DNA of 64,000 nt from Callorhinchus milii. Its lineage: Eukaryota. Below, in pieces: positions 36,111-50,900 of this stretch. The translations under genes and the position numbers were made by a program. Each line of letters starts with the position of its first letter. The first letter of the stretch is position 1. The stretch lies in NCBI RefSeq assembly GCF_018977255.1, contig NW_024704743.1, positions 63,242,001 through 63,306,000 of the forward strand. Reading direction: 5' to 3'. Under the pieces are notes generated by a model. It worked only from the letters and a program-made list of their open reading frames with translations. It made no database searches and was not told the origin of the DNA.

Positions 36111-37077
36111 CTAAATTTGATCTCAACATTTCAGAATACCAACCCTGCAATCTTCCCATTATTGAATTGAGCAATTTCTTAAATGTGTCCTTGCTTCTAC
36201 CATCCTGTCTGGTAACGCATTGCAGCTATTGTGGTTACTTATGAAAGAGGAAATGTGAAAATACTAAAACTTTCTGCACTGGTTGGAATGCTATTAAATT
36301 TTTTGTGAAGACTTCACACACTTTTCAACACAGACTAGTTATTTAGATTTAATTTAGATTAATATTAAAATCAAGAAAATCAAAGCGCAGCTGAAAAATT
36401 TGAAGCAAAATAATTAACATGGCCACCCACACAAATATGAACAAAGACATTTCGAAGGAATAATTTTACATTATACATTAAATTTAAAATAGTTAATTGA
36501 AATAATGAAACAACAGAAAATGATTTTGAAAAGGACAGAGCACTGTGCATTTAAATTAGTTTATGAAACACCTTCAAGTAAAATATTACAAGAGGAGATG
36601 CGATAAGGCAAGGATCATTCTACTCTAAATCTTACCAGAATATTCACATCAACATCCTGCATTTATCTGGCGCAAATTCAAACAGAAATAGCTAAATTAT
36701 ATCAGGAATTCAACTCAAGGTTAATTCATTTACTCTCCGAGCCATGGAATAGAAAAATTACTTTTTGAAAGAGTAAAAAGATAATTCTTACAACTGAATT
36801 AATCTCTAAACTTTATTGAAGTCTTACATTGATGTTAAAGATTAACTCTTGTATCATCAAGCAGAACAGTTATTGTACATTTTCTAGCTAAGGAAGCATA
36901 CCATACTCAACTCAGTTATGAGTAATGAGACAGAAATAGCTACCAATCTGATGGTAAGAGATCATCTTAAGAATAGGGACCACAAGAGAAAAATCAATAT
37001 TGGGTTTGAAGGGGAGAAAAGTGGATCAGAAACTTAAGTTTTAGACTTAAATAAGACTAACTTTGAAAGATGACCTG

Positions 37078-37500
37078 TCTAAGCACTTCACAGGGTATAC
37101 TGTAAATGTTAATGACTGCATTTTGTAGGTGAATACTGCAACCGATTTGTACACAGAAATGCCCCGCAGTCACAAAGTGAATAACTAATTTAATTTAGGG
37201 GATTGTTAACCAGAATAGAAAAACTCCATTCTCTTTCAAATAGTGCCATGGGATGTTTAAATAACCCCCTGAACAGGCAGACAAAAAAATAATTTAACAT
37301 TTCATGCAAAGGACAACTCCTCCAGAGAAACAGCACCGCCAACATTGCCTCCCCCCCCCACCCAATCCCCTTCACTCCACCCCCAAGCACTACACTGGAA
37401 TGTCAACCTAGACTCTAGACTTGTGAGTTCAAAGACCTGTTGCGATGCTTGAATCCACAGTCTTCTGATTTAGGCAAGTGTGCTACCAACTGAGCCAGGC
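37078..37500 (-). mobile_element. Old Deu-domain SINE
   Basis: AATAGTGCCATGGGAT core and tRNA head GTGCTACCAACTGAGCCA. Confidence 0.72.
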
Positions 37501-37689
37501 AGACACTTTCTAATTTGAAGCTGTAGGTCAAATAACTTTGTTACCATCAACATTAAACAAAAGAAGAATGTCTGTGAAATGGCAACTGAGAGTAGGAAAA
37601 CTGAAAGAATATACAGAGCAGCAAAAGGAAAAAGGGATAAGGAAAATAATACAGAAGGCTAAGGGGGAACATGGGGGAAAAAAACACCT

Positions 37690-39458
37690 TTAAATGGTTT
37701 CAAGGGTAACAGCAAAGCATTTTCTAAATACATCAAGAGAAGGGTAAAGGAAAGACGGGTCTCCTGAAAGTGGATACAGGTTGACTGACAGTAGTAGAGG
37801 ATAAGAACATGGCAGAAATATTTTGCTTCAATTTTCACAATGAAAAGAGGTCCAGGGAAGGACAGAGTTGAAGTAATAATAATAATCCTTGCATTTGATA
37901 TAGCACCTTATCATGTCATCTACACGTCTCAAAGCACTTCATAGAATATAGTGTAAAGTGAATTGATTGCATATTGTGTGGGCAAAACACGGCAGCCAAT
38001 TGTGCACAGTAGTGTCCCACAAACAGTCGTGGATTAAATGACCACATTTTTTTAAAAAGGGATTATTACCCCTGAAAAGTGATCCGCCAATCAACTAACA
38101 GGGTTCCTACTTATTGCTAGGTAAACAGAGGCGTGCTCAACATTTTGCCCTGCCGGGAATCAAATCCTGGTCCTCTCACTTGCGAGGCAAGTGTTCAAAC
38201 CATTAAGCTACAGGATTCCGTGAATGAGAGGAAATTAAAAGTCTAATTTCAAACAGTATAATAGTAATGGATAGCAGTGGGTCTGAAGTGGGACAAATCT
38301 CCAGGGCCATACAATTTCCACCCTGTGTACCAACACAAATAAAGGAAGAAACTGTAGAGGTTTTAATTCATATTTTGCAAAGTTCAATAGCTTTGGGAAT
38401 TATTAGAGGATTGGAGGGCAGAAAATGTAACACCAAAATTCAAGGAAAGAAGAGATAAAGCAAGCAATTGTAGGTCTGTGAGTTTAACACAAACAGTAGG
38501 CAAAATTACTGGAATCTATCACCAAGGACATAACAGACCATTTAGATAAATATGCACATACCATGGACAATATGCACAAATACGAGTTTGTGAAAGGTTA
38601 ATCATATCTCACAAATCTAATAGGATTCTTTGACAGAACCACAGTGATGATAAAGGGGGAATATCAATTGATGCTATTGATATGGGTTTTCAGAAAGCAT
38701 TAAAGTGCCACATAAAAAATGATCAGCTAAAATTAAGGCACGTGGCGGCGAAGGTAATATCATGACACAACAAGGAAATTAGTTGAGGGATAGGAGGCAG
38801 AGTGTTGGTAAACAAAAAAGAAATGTTTTCTGATTGGTGTACAGTGACAAGTAATGTCCCCAAGGAATGATGCTGGGCCCCCAGCTTCACACGCTTATCA
38901 ATGACCTTGATGCAGGTTTAGAGGAGATTATTTCTTAGTCTGTGGATGACATTAAGTACTGAGGTATTCCAAATTGTAGAGGTCAGGTGAAAATCAGAGA
39001 TATCGATACATTAATTGGATGCAGTTAAACATCACTAAGTGTCAGGAGTAGACCGCGGATAGAATAGTGATTTGGAGTATGTTCTAAATGAAGAACTGCT
39101 AAAAGATAGGAATGAGCAGAAAGATCTAAGGGTTAAAGTCTATAGATCATTAAAATCTAGTGTGTCTGCAAAAAGCAGTTAATAAGGCAAAGAAGATTTT
39201 TTTTATTACAAGAGGGCTGGTATTGAAAAGTAAGCAGGTGCTGCTCCAATTATAGTGTTGGTCAGTCCTCATTTGGAATACTGTATTCAGGTCAGAACAC
39301 TGAATCTTAAGAAGGCTATACTGTACTAGTTTTGGGGGGTGTCCAGCGACGATTCGCTAAAACACATGGGCTGAAGGGGTTTTAGTTACGATGAGAGGCT
39401 GAGGTTATATTCCTTAGAACAGAGTGATTAAGGAGTGAATTGATTGATGCATGAAGAT
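37690..39458 (+). mobile_element. Decayed CR1 LINE (~1.4 kb) interrupted by a SINE
   Basis: Degenerate CR1 ORF2 motifs (KAFSKYI, FQKA..KVPH, VPQG..LGP, VDDIK, PHLEYC) with many stops and frameshifts. Confidence 0.85.
37874..38218 (-). mobile_element. Full-length tRNA-derived SINE nested in CR1
   Basis: (TAA)n tail, Deu core, and tRNA head ending AAGCTACAGGATTCC. Confidence 0.88.
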
Positions 39459-39982
39459 GGCACAGAACACTTTCAGTTTTATTCAAATAAACTTCATCAT
39501 TAACTAGTTCCACGACTCAAAGGAGAAACAATTTTGAAAGGGAAATTATGAGCTATGCAGAAAATAGAAAATATTAAAATTTAATTATAAACATTTTTGA
39601 ATTGTAATTTGTTTTTTCTAAAACTTTTTTGGAACAGAGTGAAAACAGCAAAGAATATAGCATTTTGCTAATAATGTAATTTATATTTAACTTCATGGTT
39701 CTTTTAACAACTCATTAGATGCATTCTGTACAATAAAAGGTCAGGAGATGTGGCAATTGAAGTGGGACCAACACTACAGTTAAAAAGCTGATTTGGGGAT
39801 TTTAAAGGCTATATTGCAAATCAGAAGCAACATACAAGGTGGTTCGTGAATTGGAAACTGAAACAGCTCACTAGTCTCTTTGTGATTTAGGAATAGCCAG
39901 TTCAAAAAGTGTCACTAACCTTTAGCATTCTAATTAAGACCTTTCATCCATGCAGCCCTCTTTTACACAAGATTGCTCTTAC

Positions 39983-40190
39983 CTGTCCAATTTAATCCTC
40001 GCCAGCAGTGGTTCCAGCCAACCCACTGTGCATTCACAGTGTGCATCCAAGAATGTGATCACTTGTCCCCTGGAAGCTGCTGCCCCTTTCAGCCTTGCTC
40101 GGATCAGACCGGAGCGCTGTTCCATTCGTAGAATCCTAACTGGCACTTCCAATTTCTTTACATATTTCTCTAAAGGCCGGTTCAAAAATT
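39983..40190 (-). CDS. GALNT1: GALNT1 coding exon (208 nt): [70 protein letters not shown]
   Basis: ttttccag acceptor and GTAAG donor. Contains the DxH metal-binding motif (FLDAHCE). Phase is compatible with neighbouring exons. Confidence 0.97.
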
Positions 40191-43100
40191 CTGGAAAACA
40201 ATATAATTTTTTCTATTTGAAAATGTTCATACAGGAGCCTTTGAAAATGATTAGAAATATGAAAATCCTCCAACAGCATTTAAAAAAAAAAATGCTTTTG
40301 TAACGTTTGAGGGTATGGATGCCCCAAAAAATCTGGATACCAATCCAGTCTAGAAATATCACTGTGGTTACACTAGGAATTCATTATTAACTGTAGATAC
40401 TTAATGAATAAAGCAGTCATAGTCAAAGAGAACAATCTGCAGTGGATCCCGATAGCTGTTCTCTGCTTTTGTGTTATTCAATTGACAACAAAGTAGAGCG
40501 AGTTGCCTTAGGAATATAAGGGTCTATTATGTGCCACATATAAGTGATCTGCAAACAAGCGCTACCATATCCCATTTGTAAATGCATGTGAAAAGAGGAA
40601 ATTGTACATCTCCTTAATATAGCCTCATGGCAGTTCCAGGCAGAATCCTTTACCTTATTTGCTGGTTAAAGGTAGAATGTTAAAACACATCTGCATAAAA
40701 TATTGGGGATTTAAAGGTGGATTATCCAGGGATGAGGGGTGGAGGGAGAGATAACAACTGCAGATGTTCATTTGGTGGCGAGTTCAATGACAGATGTAAC
40801 TAACTGGCTTCCACTGACTCATTTGCTCCTTTGCAATAACCTGAATTTGTAGTACACAATTTAGTATATTCACCTGGGCATTGGGCAGATGTTTGGGGTT
40901 TACTCAGACCTCCTAGCTGTCTATGTAAATAGAGTGGTCTCAGTTCAATACAAAATGTCCTCTGACCAAATAATTGACAACAAGCATGGAAACTATACCA
41001 ATGTATATCTATATATATATATAGATGTCTGAGATCTTAGCACTGAAGTTAGCGAATCTCAGAGGCAGTAGTGGAAACACCTCAATTAACTTCAGTGAAC
41101 CATGGTGCTGAGGGAGGGGAATGAATCATATTGGTTTCTCACTCCCAATTGGTATCCATGACTCATGACTCTTAGTGGAAAGTGTCTGCATTTGAACAAG
41201 GGAGGGGGGGGGGCAGGATTGGGCTTGGCTTTCATACATACCAGTTTTGCAGGCTGCTGACAATTATCAGGCACAATTACGTAAGGTAACACAGGTCTGA
41301 CTCATAGAATCACACCCCACCCCGGCATGCATCATTGCCCTGAGAAGAAATGGGATTGGGGGGGGTAGGGGTAAGAGAATTTGTTGCAAAGTATCTTCAA
41401 CTACATTAATAGGTCTTTCAATTTCCTCCTGCAAACTCTTTCCATTTTCTTTTACAATAGCTTCCTACAGGAAGGAACTGAGACTCTACAACACAGGAAA
41501 CGGTTTAAAATGGGAAATTCCAGTCCCCAGTTTATCTGAAGAAGCTACTTATGACTGTGCCCAAGTATTCCAAAGAACTAGATCTTCCTCGTTCCATTTC
41601 TGCCTTAAGCAGCATTGTACATAAATACACCACTGTGGCTAGAAATACTTATTCTTTTATGATTATAGATCCTGGAATTTTCCTTCATGTATAATCAAGT
41701 GTAAAGGAAAATCATTGACAAAGGATAACTTGGCAGAATAATGAAAACTAGTGTACTCAGCACATTATCATTGCTAAAGATTGTTTTTTTTCCCACTGTT
41801 GGTAACAACTTTTGGTTTGTTGGAGACAACTGTTGGGAGAAGAAACATTGTTAGAACTATTTCAGATTTACACACGCATCAAATATAGGCCAATAGTCTG
41901 AAAACATCTAAACATGTTTCACATGTAATTACATTCAAGTGTAGCAACTTGCATTTTTAAGATTAACATGTTAGCCATGTGTCTACAGCAACCATGAAGT
42001 GAAAAACCAATGGACTGGTGGCTATGACAATGGAAGAAATTCCCTTAACTTTTAAATAGTGATATTGAATCACTAACATCTACTGGAAGAGGCAGACAGG
42101 GCCTGGATTTAACATAGCTTCTGAACGACAGCACCTCTAACAATATAGCAATTCCCCGGTAGTAGCCTAATATATAAAGCTTAAGTCAACATGACAAACA
42201 CCGTTCGGTAGAGGTTGAGCTTATAGTCCAGGTCTATTAATGTCAGTCTAATATGTGCAGAGAGAGTAAAGTGGAAGAGACACAGCCCTGCCAGAATTTT
42301 TAGTCTTTGTAGACTGAATACCTTGCAGTCATCTAGTACCACAGCCAGATACTAGCCAAAGTTGGCAGCCTCCCCAGCTTGTCAGGCATCCAATACCTTG
42401 TTTATGCTCAGATCCACAGTCAGAATACAAATCTGTTCATTGAGAGTAATGGCTCCCTGTTGGTAAATTTACTCATTTATAGTACAAGACAGTTTCACAG
42501 GAGGGAAAAAAAACACAGGGCTGCATCACCTTACATGGTTGTAAAACAGTTACATCTAACCATTTGGTGACTAAACTTGTCTTATGATCATTTTTAAATT
42601 TGGTTAATAACAACAAACAAAAGCCTACATATTTGGGAAAGCCTGGACATGTAGAGTTTTTTTCAAAAAATAGTTTTCACACTTTCTTATACCAGGTAAG
42701 ATTGCTGATTGGAAACTATTGGAAGTAGAGATAGTTTTTCATAATTATGAGTTCAGTATCAGGAGCCTGCTAACAACGGAGAATGCAAAGTTCATGCATT
42801 TGGACTGAATGAGGCCTTGTTTATTTGAATGATCACATTATTTCTTATTAACATGTGTAACTCCGTGACCATTGGAGTTACTAGATTACCTTTGAAAATA
42901 GACTTTAGATTATTCTTTGCCTTTGCATTGCTTCTGTTTACAAATACAAGTGTTTTTCCCCATACTACATTAATAAGCCTAGGAATCAATCTTCAGTCTC
43001 AGAAGAGCAGAAAAAGATTAGGTATCACCAATTCTCTGCTATGCAAAAGAATGAAGCTTTTTATTTATTGCTGGGATGATAAAAAAACAATGATTTACTT

Positions 43101-44144
43101 ATTCATTTGATTCAATGATTTGCTTAATCATTTGACTAATGCATGTAAATTTACTGTGCTATAACAGTGTGAAAGGATATGGGGAATTCTATGAACTAAA
43201 ATTATACTGTATTCCACTAAACTCCTCTACAATTTGTTGTTATCAAGGGAGATTTACAGACTTATTTGTGTTCTTCAGTGGGCCCTAGTTGAAGTGTTGA
43301 ACTCAATCAAGTTCAGCCATTATCTATAGAACTCTTATAGTACAGTATAATAATGTTCTGCTCAAGCGTCAAGGCCGAGCTTCAAGTAATTTCAGTCCAC
43401 TTAATAGACATGAAAGCAGTGAACACATTGAATATCAGTTAAGGGGCTTTTTTTTTAAAAAAAAAGCACTAGGGATCCAGCAACATTGGCCTGGGAAAAT
43501 ATTTTGTAACTTTTTAAATCAGGTTTCAACTCTTCAGTATACACATTACTTTTTTTTTAAAAAATCCTGCAATGGTTAACAGTGGCCAAGAAAAACACTA
43601 ACATGTGAGTTTTAATCCCATCATTAAGTGACTTTAAAACACTAATGTAGATGTATGACAGAGAAAAAGATTTTTAAAAATCCTGAGTTTGAGCTTTTAT
43701 CGCTGCTAGTGCTTTTTACAGCTTTTATTTGGTCAAAAATTTTTTTGCTGCTCAAAGAGATTTTTGCTTATAATTATTTTATTTCCTCTGTCTGAATACA
43801 AAACAGCACAAATAGGCCTGTGATAAATTGAGTATGTATCTCTGAAGTACAGAGTGTGCAATAATGTTTGTTGGGTATGGAAAATAGTACAGCAAACAAA
43901 CTAAATTATCCCAAACGTCCACATTAGATGTGGGAATGAAAACCTGGAAATATACACGGGTAGACACAACCATCAAAGGCAGAATGCAGTCTTTGTGAGT
44001 AGTGGGATCTGTAAAATCTAATAGTACATCTCAATGTTCTTCTGATGTGGGGCCATAAAAACACAAACTTTGTGCCACATATGAAGAGCAGATGGTCCAA
44101 CAGTTTCACTTGGGGGGGTAGAGACTGGCTAATTATAATAACCA

Positions 44145-44870
44145 TTACATTTTGTATAGCGTCTCTCACGCAGAGAAGACATCCCAAAGCATTTCACAGG
44201 ATATACTGTAAAGTGGAGTGATTGTATTTTGTGGGTGAATGCAGCAGCCAAATTAGGGCACAGCAATATTCCACAAACAGCCATAAAGTGAATGGATGAG
44301 TTTTATATGGAAAACTGAGCCAGGATACCGGGGAGAAACTCTCTTCTCTTTTCAAATAATAATAATACTCTAAAGTGCCGGCTAGCCAGAAAAATTTGGA
44401 GGAGGAGAGATCCTGTCTGGTGAGCCAGAATTTATGGCTAAGTGTAATTACTACTGGGTTATGCATTTACCGGCACTGCATTTTTTACCTTCTGCTTGCT
44501 CACCAAATCATACCTACATGCGGTCACTGCAAAGGACAGCCAACGCAAAGACGAGCAAGAATGGTGAGGTGCGAAGCTGTGGGCATCAGGTGAACTGCTT
44601 AGTGCAGCGTTGGTGCATGCTAGAAGCGTTGGGCTGGCAGGAGTCTACACGTGGGCCTATGGAAATTTTTTATTTTCAGTTTCGGGCCTGGTTAGAATTC
44701 CGGATACCCAGGGGTTTACTGTAGTGCCATGAGATCCTCAATGTCTCAGCCAAAGGACAACACCTCCAGCAATGCAGCACACCGCCAGGACTGCACTGGA
44801 GTGTCAGCTCAGACTATGAGTTCCGTCGTGGGGCTTGATTTCCATATTGTGACTCGGAGGCAAGAGTGTA
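44145..44870 (-). mobile_element. Old Deu-domain SINE split by a MITE
   Basis: The consensus ...TTCAAATA|GTGCCATGAG... is split at TA. The SINE resumes at 44724. Confidence 0.75.
44368..44721. mobile_element. Tc1/mariner-pogo (Tigger-like) MITE
   Basis: TA on both sides (44366-44367, 44722-44723). Right end GGATACCCAGGGGTTTACTG with a degenerate left TIR. A related end occurs at ~1828-1863. Confidence 0.6.
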
Positions 44871-44885
44871 TTATTATACTATAGT

Positions 44886-45195
44886 GGAGTTCTGCAGCTC
44901 AGTGGTTAGAGCACTCGCCTCGCAAGCAAGAGACCTAGGTTCAATTCCCAGCAGGGCAAAACCTTGGGCAAGTTTCCTTACTCCACACATCTGATAATAA
45001 TCCCTCAAGAAAAAAAAGTAATAATTTGATCACTCAATCCACAACTGTTTGAGGGACACTGTTGTCCACAATTGGCTACTGTGTTTCGCCCACAAGTATA
45101 CAGTCAATTCACTTTACAGTATATTCTCTGAAGCACTTTGAGACATCTAGAAGACGTGAAAAGCGCTACATCAAATGCAAGGATTATTTTATTAT
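44886..45195 (+). mobile_element. Full-length tRNA-derived SINE
   Basis: Same family and subfamily as 7738-8048. Confidence 0.9.
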
Positions 45196-46279
45196 ATCAT
45201 TAAATGATATCTATCAGTCAAGACTATCTAGTCAGTGAAGCAGTTGTAAACAAAGCAAATCAACTGCAGGGAGGCATTGTGAGATCTTTGAATTACAAGT
45301 CACAACAAGTTGTATTATGCGGTCATCATGTGTCCAAAGGGCACAGAAGCATTATAAAGAGCTCAAAGGACAAAGATGATTCCAGGTCTCAAAGGACTGA
45401 GTTAGGAAGATTCAATTAAACCAGCTCGGATTTTGTTTGCTTAAAGATGACTGAACCGAGTCTTCGAAAACATATGATAGCAAAAGTTCAAAATTCCCAT
45501 CTTTAACTAGGTTTTATACCTCTGCAGTACCATGGTTTTATACAAACTGAGTTATACCTGCATACCTTATGCTTACCTACTGAATAATTTACAATTTCAG
45601 GAATTTGAATGATGTGGTGAGTAGGGAAATGCAATTGATTTTCTTATTTTTTTGGTCAGCTGGCAGCCAAATACACACAGAAATCCCTTGTCATTTGTGA
45701 GGGACTACAATTTCAATAACTGAAAATTCAGAGAAGCAAAGCTTTTGTTTGCCATTTCAGGAGTGCACAATCTCTTTCCCCCTTTTGCATATGCCTGTAG
45801 TACATGTGCAGGCTGGTGTGAGCCAAGGCATTAGGGACCCCAAAGTGCACGGTTGGTGCATTACTGAAAATTAGCCAGCTAAAAATCATACAAAGTACTG
45901 GTAAACTTTTGCTGCTTGTCCATTATGATTGCCAATTCCCTTGCCTCTCCTTCAATTAATCTCCTGACTCTTGCTCTCCTAATCCCATGATGATCAAGCA
46001 CAGCTGTTACTATTCTTATGACTCAATATGTATTGATCCAGGTTCTTTTCAAAGGCTTCACAACATTACGGATCCCGTTTCAAATAGCTGCCACCTTCGG
46101 GGGGTGGGGGGGGAAGAGGAGAAGAAAGAAATCTCTTAAACCTATGGTTTTAACACCATGTATTTATCTTCTTACTGCTTAAAAAAGCCAGATAAAACTG
46201 TCTAACTGAATACTGTATTTTCAATTCTTTAATATCTTGAACTTAAAATGCTTAGCACAATATTATGCCACCAAATGTT

Positions 46280-47990
46280 GTAATAATAATCCTTGCATTT
46301 GGTATAGCATCTTTTGTGTCATGGAGGACGTCTCAAAGCGCTTCGCAGGATTTACTGTGATGTGGAGTGACATTGTATTTGCTGGCTAATGCAGCAGCCC
46401 AATTGGGCAAAGCAATATCCCACGAACAGCCTTAAAACAAATGATCAATTTTATTTGGAGGACTGTTGGCCAGAACACCAGAGCAACTTCCTTCTCTTTT
46501 TGAATAGTGCCGCGGGATTTTTAATGTCTATCTGAATAGGCAGACGGGACCTCGGTTTAAGCACAACAATAAAACAACAAATTGCATTTACACAGTACCT
46601 TTCATGCGGCAGTGACCCAGAGCACTTGACAGTGGTGGAGTCTGACCCCGAGCCAGGGGGAGAGCGAGGGGGGAGGTGAATATAAGCACGATCAAAAAGG
46701 AAGGTCTTTAGGCAGGATTTGAAGATGGGAGGGAGGGGACAAGGCGGAGGGATTGAGGGAGAGAGTTCCAAAGTTTCGGGGCATAGTGGCTGAAGCCAAG
46801 GCCACCGATGGTGGAGTGGAGGGGCGAGAGGCAAACAGCAGGCCGGAGCCAGCTGAGTAGAGGCAACGGTGGTGGAGTAAGGGGTAAGCAGATCGAATAG
46901 GTAAGGCAGTGCCAGGGCACGAAGGGATTTGAAAACAAGTGAGAGATCTTGTCATTGATCCGTTCGGTAATTGAGACCAGTGGAGGGTGTAAGGATTGGT
47001 GTTTTTTGGTGGAGTTGGAGAGACCAAAGAGGAGGGCGTTGGAATAGTCCAGACGGGAAGTGACAAAGGCGAGGAAGAGGGTTTCGGCTGCGTTAGTTGT
47101 GAGGTACGGACGGAGGTGGGCAATGTGACGGAGGTGGAAAAAAGTGGTCCTGATCAGGGAATGGATGTGGAGTAGAAAGGAAAGCTGGGAATCGAACGTG
47201 ACACCTAAGTTGTGCACGGGTTCAGTGAGTCTGAGGGAGAGCCCGAGGAAGTTGAGGAGTTCGGACCCGCAGGAGAAAAGATGTTGACGGGAGCCAGAGT
47301 ATGGCTTCCATTTTGCCGACATTCAGCTGCAGGTCATTTGCGCTCATCCAGGTCGTGATAAACATCCAACAAGCTGACAGGACATCAGCGGACTGGAATT
47401 CGCAGCTGGAGGAAGAAACGTAGATTTGGGTGTCATCTGCATACATGTGGAAGTTGACTCGGATGACATCGCCGAGAGGGATGAGGAAAACAAGGGAGCT
47501 AAGGATGGAGCTTTGGGGTACCCCGCAGGTGACTGGGCGGGGGTGGGAGGAGAAACCATTTGCCGAGATGTATTGTTGCCAGTTGTGGTATAGGACGCGA
47601 ACCATGCAAATGCGGTCCCGCTAAGGCAGGTGAGGGAGGAGAAACAGTGAAGGGTGATGCAGTTGACAGTGTCGAACATGGTAGAGAGGTCCAGGAGAAC
47701 AAGGAGGCAGAGGGAGCCCTGGGTCATCTCGCCGGCTTTGGTGGGTGGAGAAAGATGGTGGAGGGCTTGGTGATGTGAGAAGAAAGGGAGGAAGTGGTCT
47801 GAGATGGCCTCGTCTGTGATAATCAGATCAGAAATGTCTGCGGTGAGCCCGGCGGAGGATGCCCAGCTGGAGCATAGGGAGGCTATGGGAGGGTCCAGGA
47901 GGGAGAGAAGACAGGGAGAGCGGTAGGAAAGAAGGACTGAGTGGGAGTAATAAGAGCGGAGGGGGTGCTCGGGTCAAGGCGGTTGCCAAA
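46280..47990 (-). mobile_element. SINE fragment (46280-46560) adjoining an older L2 LINE (46564-47990)
   Basis: [33 protein letters not shown] and AFVTSRLDYSNALL peptides in shifting frames. Confidence 0.9.
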
Positions 47991-50900
47991 TGCTCACTTA
48001 TGAGTATCAAACATTCATATCAAGTATAGTGAGTGAAGAGTTAGTTGAAAGCTCGGCAATGACTTGATTGAATGAATGCCAATTTTCTCTTTCCATAGTT
48101 TAAGCTTTTGCATGAATTATATTTTTATGTTTAAATCAAGAATAAACTATCCAACACTTGCATTCCTGTTACCTTCAAACCATCCAATCCTGTCCCCTCT
48201 AGTAGAATAACAAAAAAGTGCCCTGCTCTGCTCAGGAAGTACTCAACATCAGCAAATTACAGTTGTATAGCTCCTTTCACGTCAGGAGGACGTCCCAAAT
48301 CACTAGACAGTCAAAAATGTACACCTGAGCTGAGGGTTGGGATCAGGAAGGGTGAAGGGCAGGGAGGATGGGGGTAGAAGGAAGGCTAAGCGTAACACCT
48401 TGGAGTCCGCTGACTAGTCATGATGATGAGAAGTGGTTTATATGGCATCTGATATTATGCATCCAATTTTCCTCAATTTGACAAAATGCTAAGCATTTTT
48501 CACAAAATTCGTTTGATCATTTTGGACCATTGGAAGGAGGAGGAACAATTGCAATATCTTATAGTAGCCTGTTGCTAGCACAGCGAGTAGAGTGTTTCAT
48601 TTTCTGCTAACAATGAAATAAAAGCACTCTTTTTGTATAATGTATTAAAACAATTAGAACCCTGGAACATCTGTTTAAGTCGTTTCATACTGGTTCGAGC
48701 TAAGATAGAATTTTCTTGTAAAATTCTGCTGTGAATTTAACTAAATCCCTTGCATGTCCCTAATTATCTTTTCTACCATACTAGTCTATGGGATGTTCCA
48801 ATTTACCATTAAGTAATGGGTCTAATTTTGGAATAAATTTTCAACAGATTTTTCATAACTGAAGTTCCTGCCTAGGATTTGTATTGGTAGCAATGTCTAT
48901 AGAATTCACAGTAATAAGATTCCCATTTAATTTTCCCAGGGATTCCCAGCTCTACTTCAATATTCTTTATTGCTGTCACTGCCTTTGTCTCTTTTAGTTG
49001 TCTAGCCAGCAATTTGTCAGCTTAATCTGCACAATCAATAACCATCGCCTCGTCCAAAACAGCATTAATTCAATTATTCGGTCAGCACTGGGGTTATATA
49101 CTTCAGTTATTCAGGTCTCTTAAGGTTTTTGTCTGAATAGGATGTTTTGTGCTGCAACATTAATTGATGGATCCCAGCCTTCACTGAGAACAGTTTCTCT
49201 GCTTAATGAAGCAGATTATATAATGTGCCCCCATATTACTGACATGAGGGATGTTCCCAAAGGAGTTCTTCCGAGGTAATCAACCTGTGATATATCGTGT
49301 AATATCCAGAAACTATATAATACACTGCATAGTCGCAACAATGTGATAATGCACTGTATCAAATGCAAGGATGATTATTATTATTATAGTAAAGAAAGCA
49401 ATAGGTGAAATACAGTGTAGCAGGTTGGTGTAGCCTTCATGAAACGATCAGGCCAATTTTACAACCAAAATAATTTTCTGTCCCTCCACAAAGTCTCTAT
49501 GAATTTCTTGTGAACAATCAAAAGTTTGGTCAGCACCAATTCAATATCTCCACCTGCAATTCATGCAAGTTTGGGGCGTTCTTCAATGTTGGAAGAGGTG
49601 AACACCAGTAACCGTGTCTCTCAAACATTAGGATGAATATGTTCACCTGGCAGATTCAGGCTTGGAACCAGTCACTAAAATCCATCTCCCTTCTGGGGTG
49701 TTCACAGATTGTTCATCTTAAATGGAATACGTATTTATCAATAATGCCACTCTCTGTTTTTCTTCAGTTAAAATTCCATCACCCATGACATCTTAACTCG
49801 TAAAAGATTATTTCTCATCTAACTGAGTCTCTGGTATAAAGGCCAGCCCAGTCTAAATCGGCTTAAGCATCACAGAATTTTAAAGCACTTGACTGGATTT
49901 TTAATTCCTTTCAAATTCCAGGAGACCAAATTAATAGAATTACTAAGAACCATTATGTTATGCTTCAAACCTTATGTTCTCCGTCTTTCCCTCTTGACCT
50001 TCTACTTTTTGTAGACAATCCTGAAAGCCAGTCATTGCCATCATCCAGATACAGCTGAAGCATCTACAGAATATAAATTACAGTAGAACACAGCATTTTC
50101 TCCAACTATCCACATATGCACTTAATTGCAAGGAATATTATCTGCACTGGGCTCAAATGCAGAAGTAGACTTATATCAGCAAAGAAAATCCAGTTGTGGT
50201 CATGATCATGAGGTTACTAGGCCTACAAGTCACCCATGCTGTGTGCACGAGCCAGCAAAGAGAGAAGCATAACAATTGTTTACAGTGCTTTTCACAAAAG
50301 AAGAATGTTCGAAACGCTTCATTCGGATGACAGGGAGCTCAAGCTGGTGGCTGCTGAGGAGTAGGTGGGGTATAAGAAAGGTGCCCGAAAGAGCAGTTTA
50401 AAAGAATTGTGTTAAGGCAGGTTTTAAAGGTGGGCAGAGACGTGACCAAGGCAGAATGACTCTGGAATGAAGTTCCAGGGTGCAGTGGCTGAGTTTGAAA
50501 GCTCACAGAAGGACAATATAATATCCTTGTATCTGTATTTGATTATATCAACCTTATGTCCTTCTAAAATATTCTAGAGCTAATCTGAGATTACGATGAA
50601 GGATTTAAAGATTATAATGGATATAATCTCTCTGTTAGAGAGGAAGGCATAAGTAAACACGTCCCAATACCAAGCCCCATCAGAACCCCAACTGTTTTAA
50701 CATGAGACTGTCTGGAGCATTATGTACTGTGTATTGTGGACATACACTGTACTGGAAGCGCAGGACACCTGATTTCTAGCACTGACCAGCTGTCTTTCTA
50801 CATTAAAACAATAGCCACTTCTGGGTTGTCAGGTTGTTGCTTATATCAGTTCATGCACATTGCACATGCACAACTGAGGATGCCTCTGGTGTCCTGCACT

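Noticed and set aside
43446..43467. GC-T9-A9-GC perfect palindrome
   Set aside because: Low-complexity homopolymers, expected by chance in AT-rich DNA.
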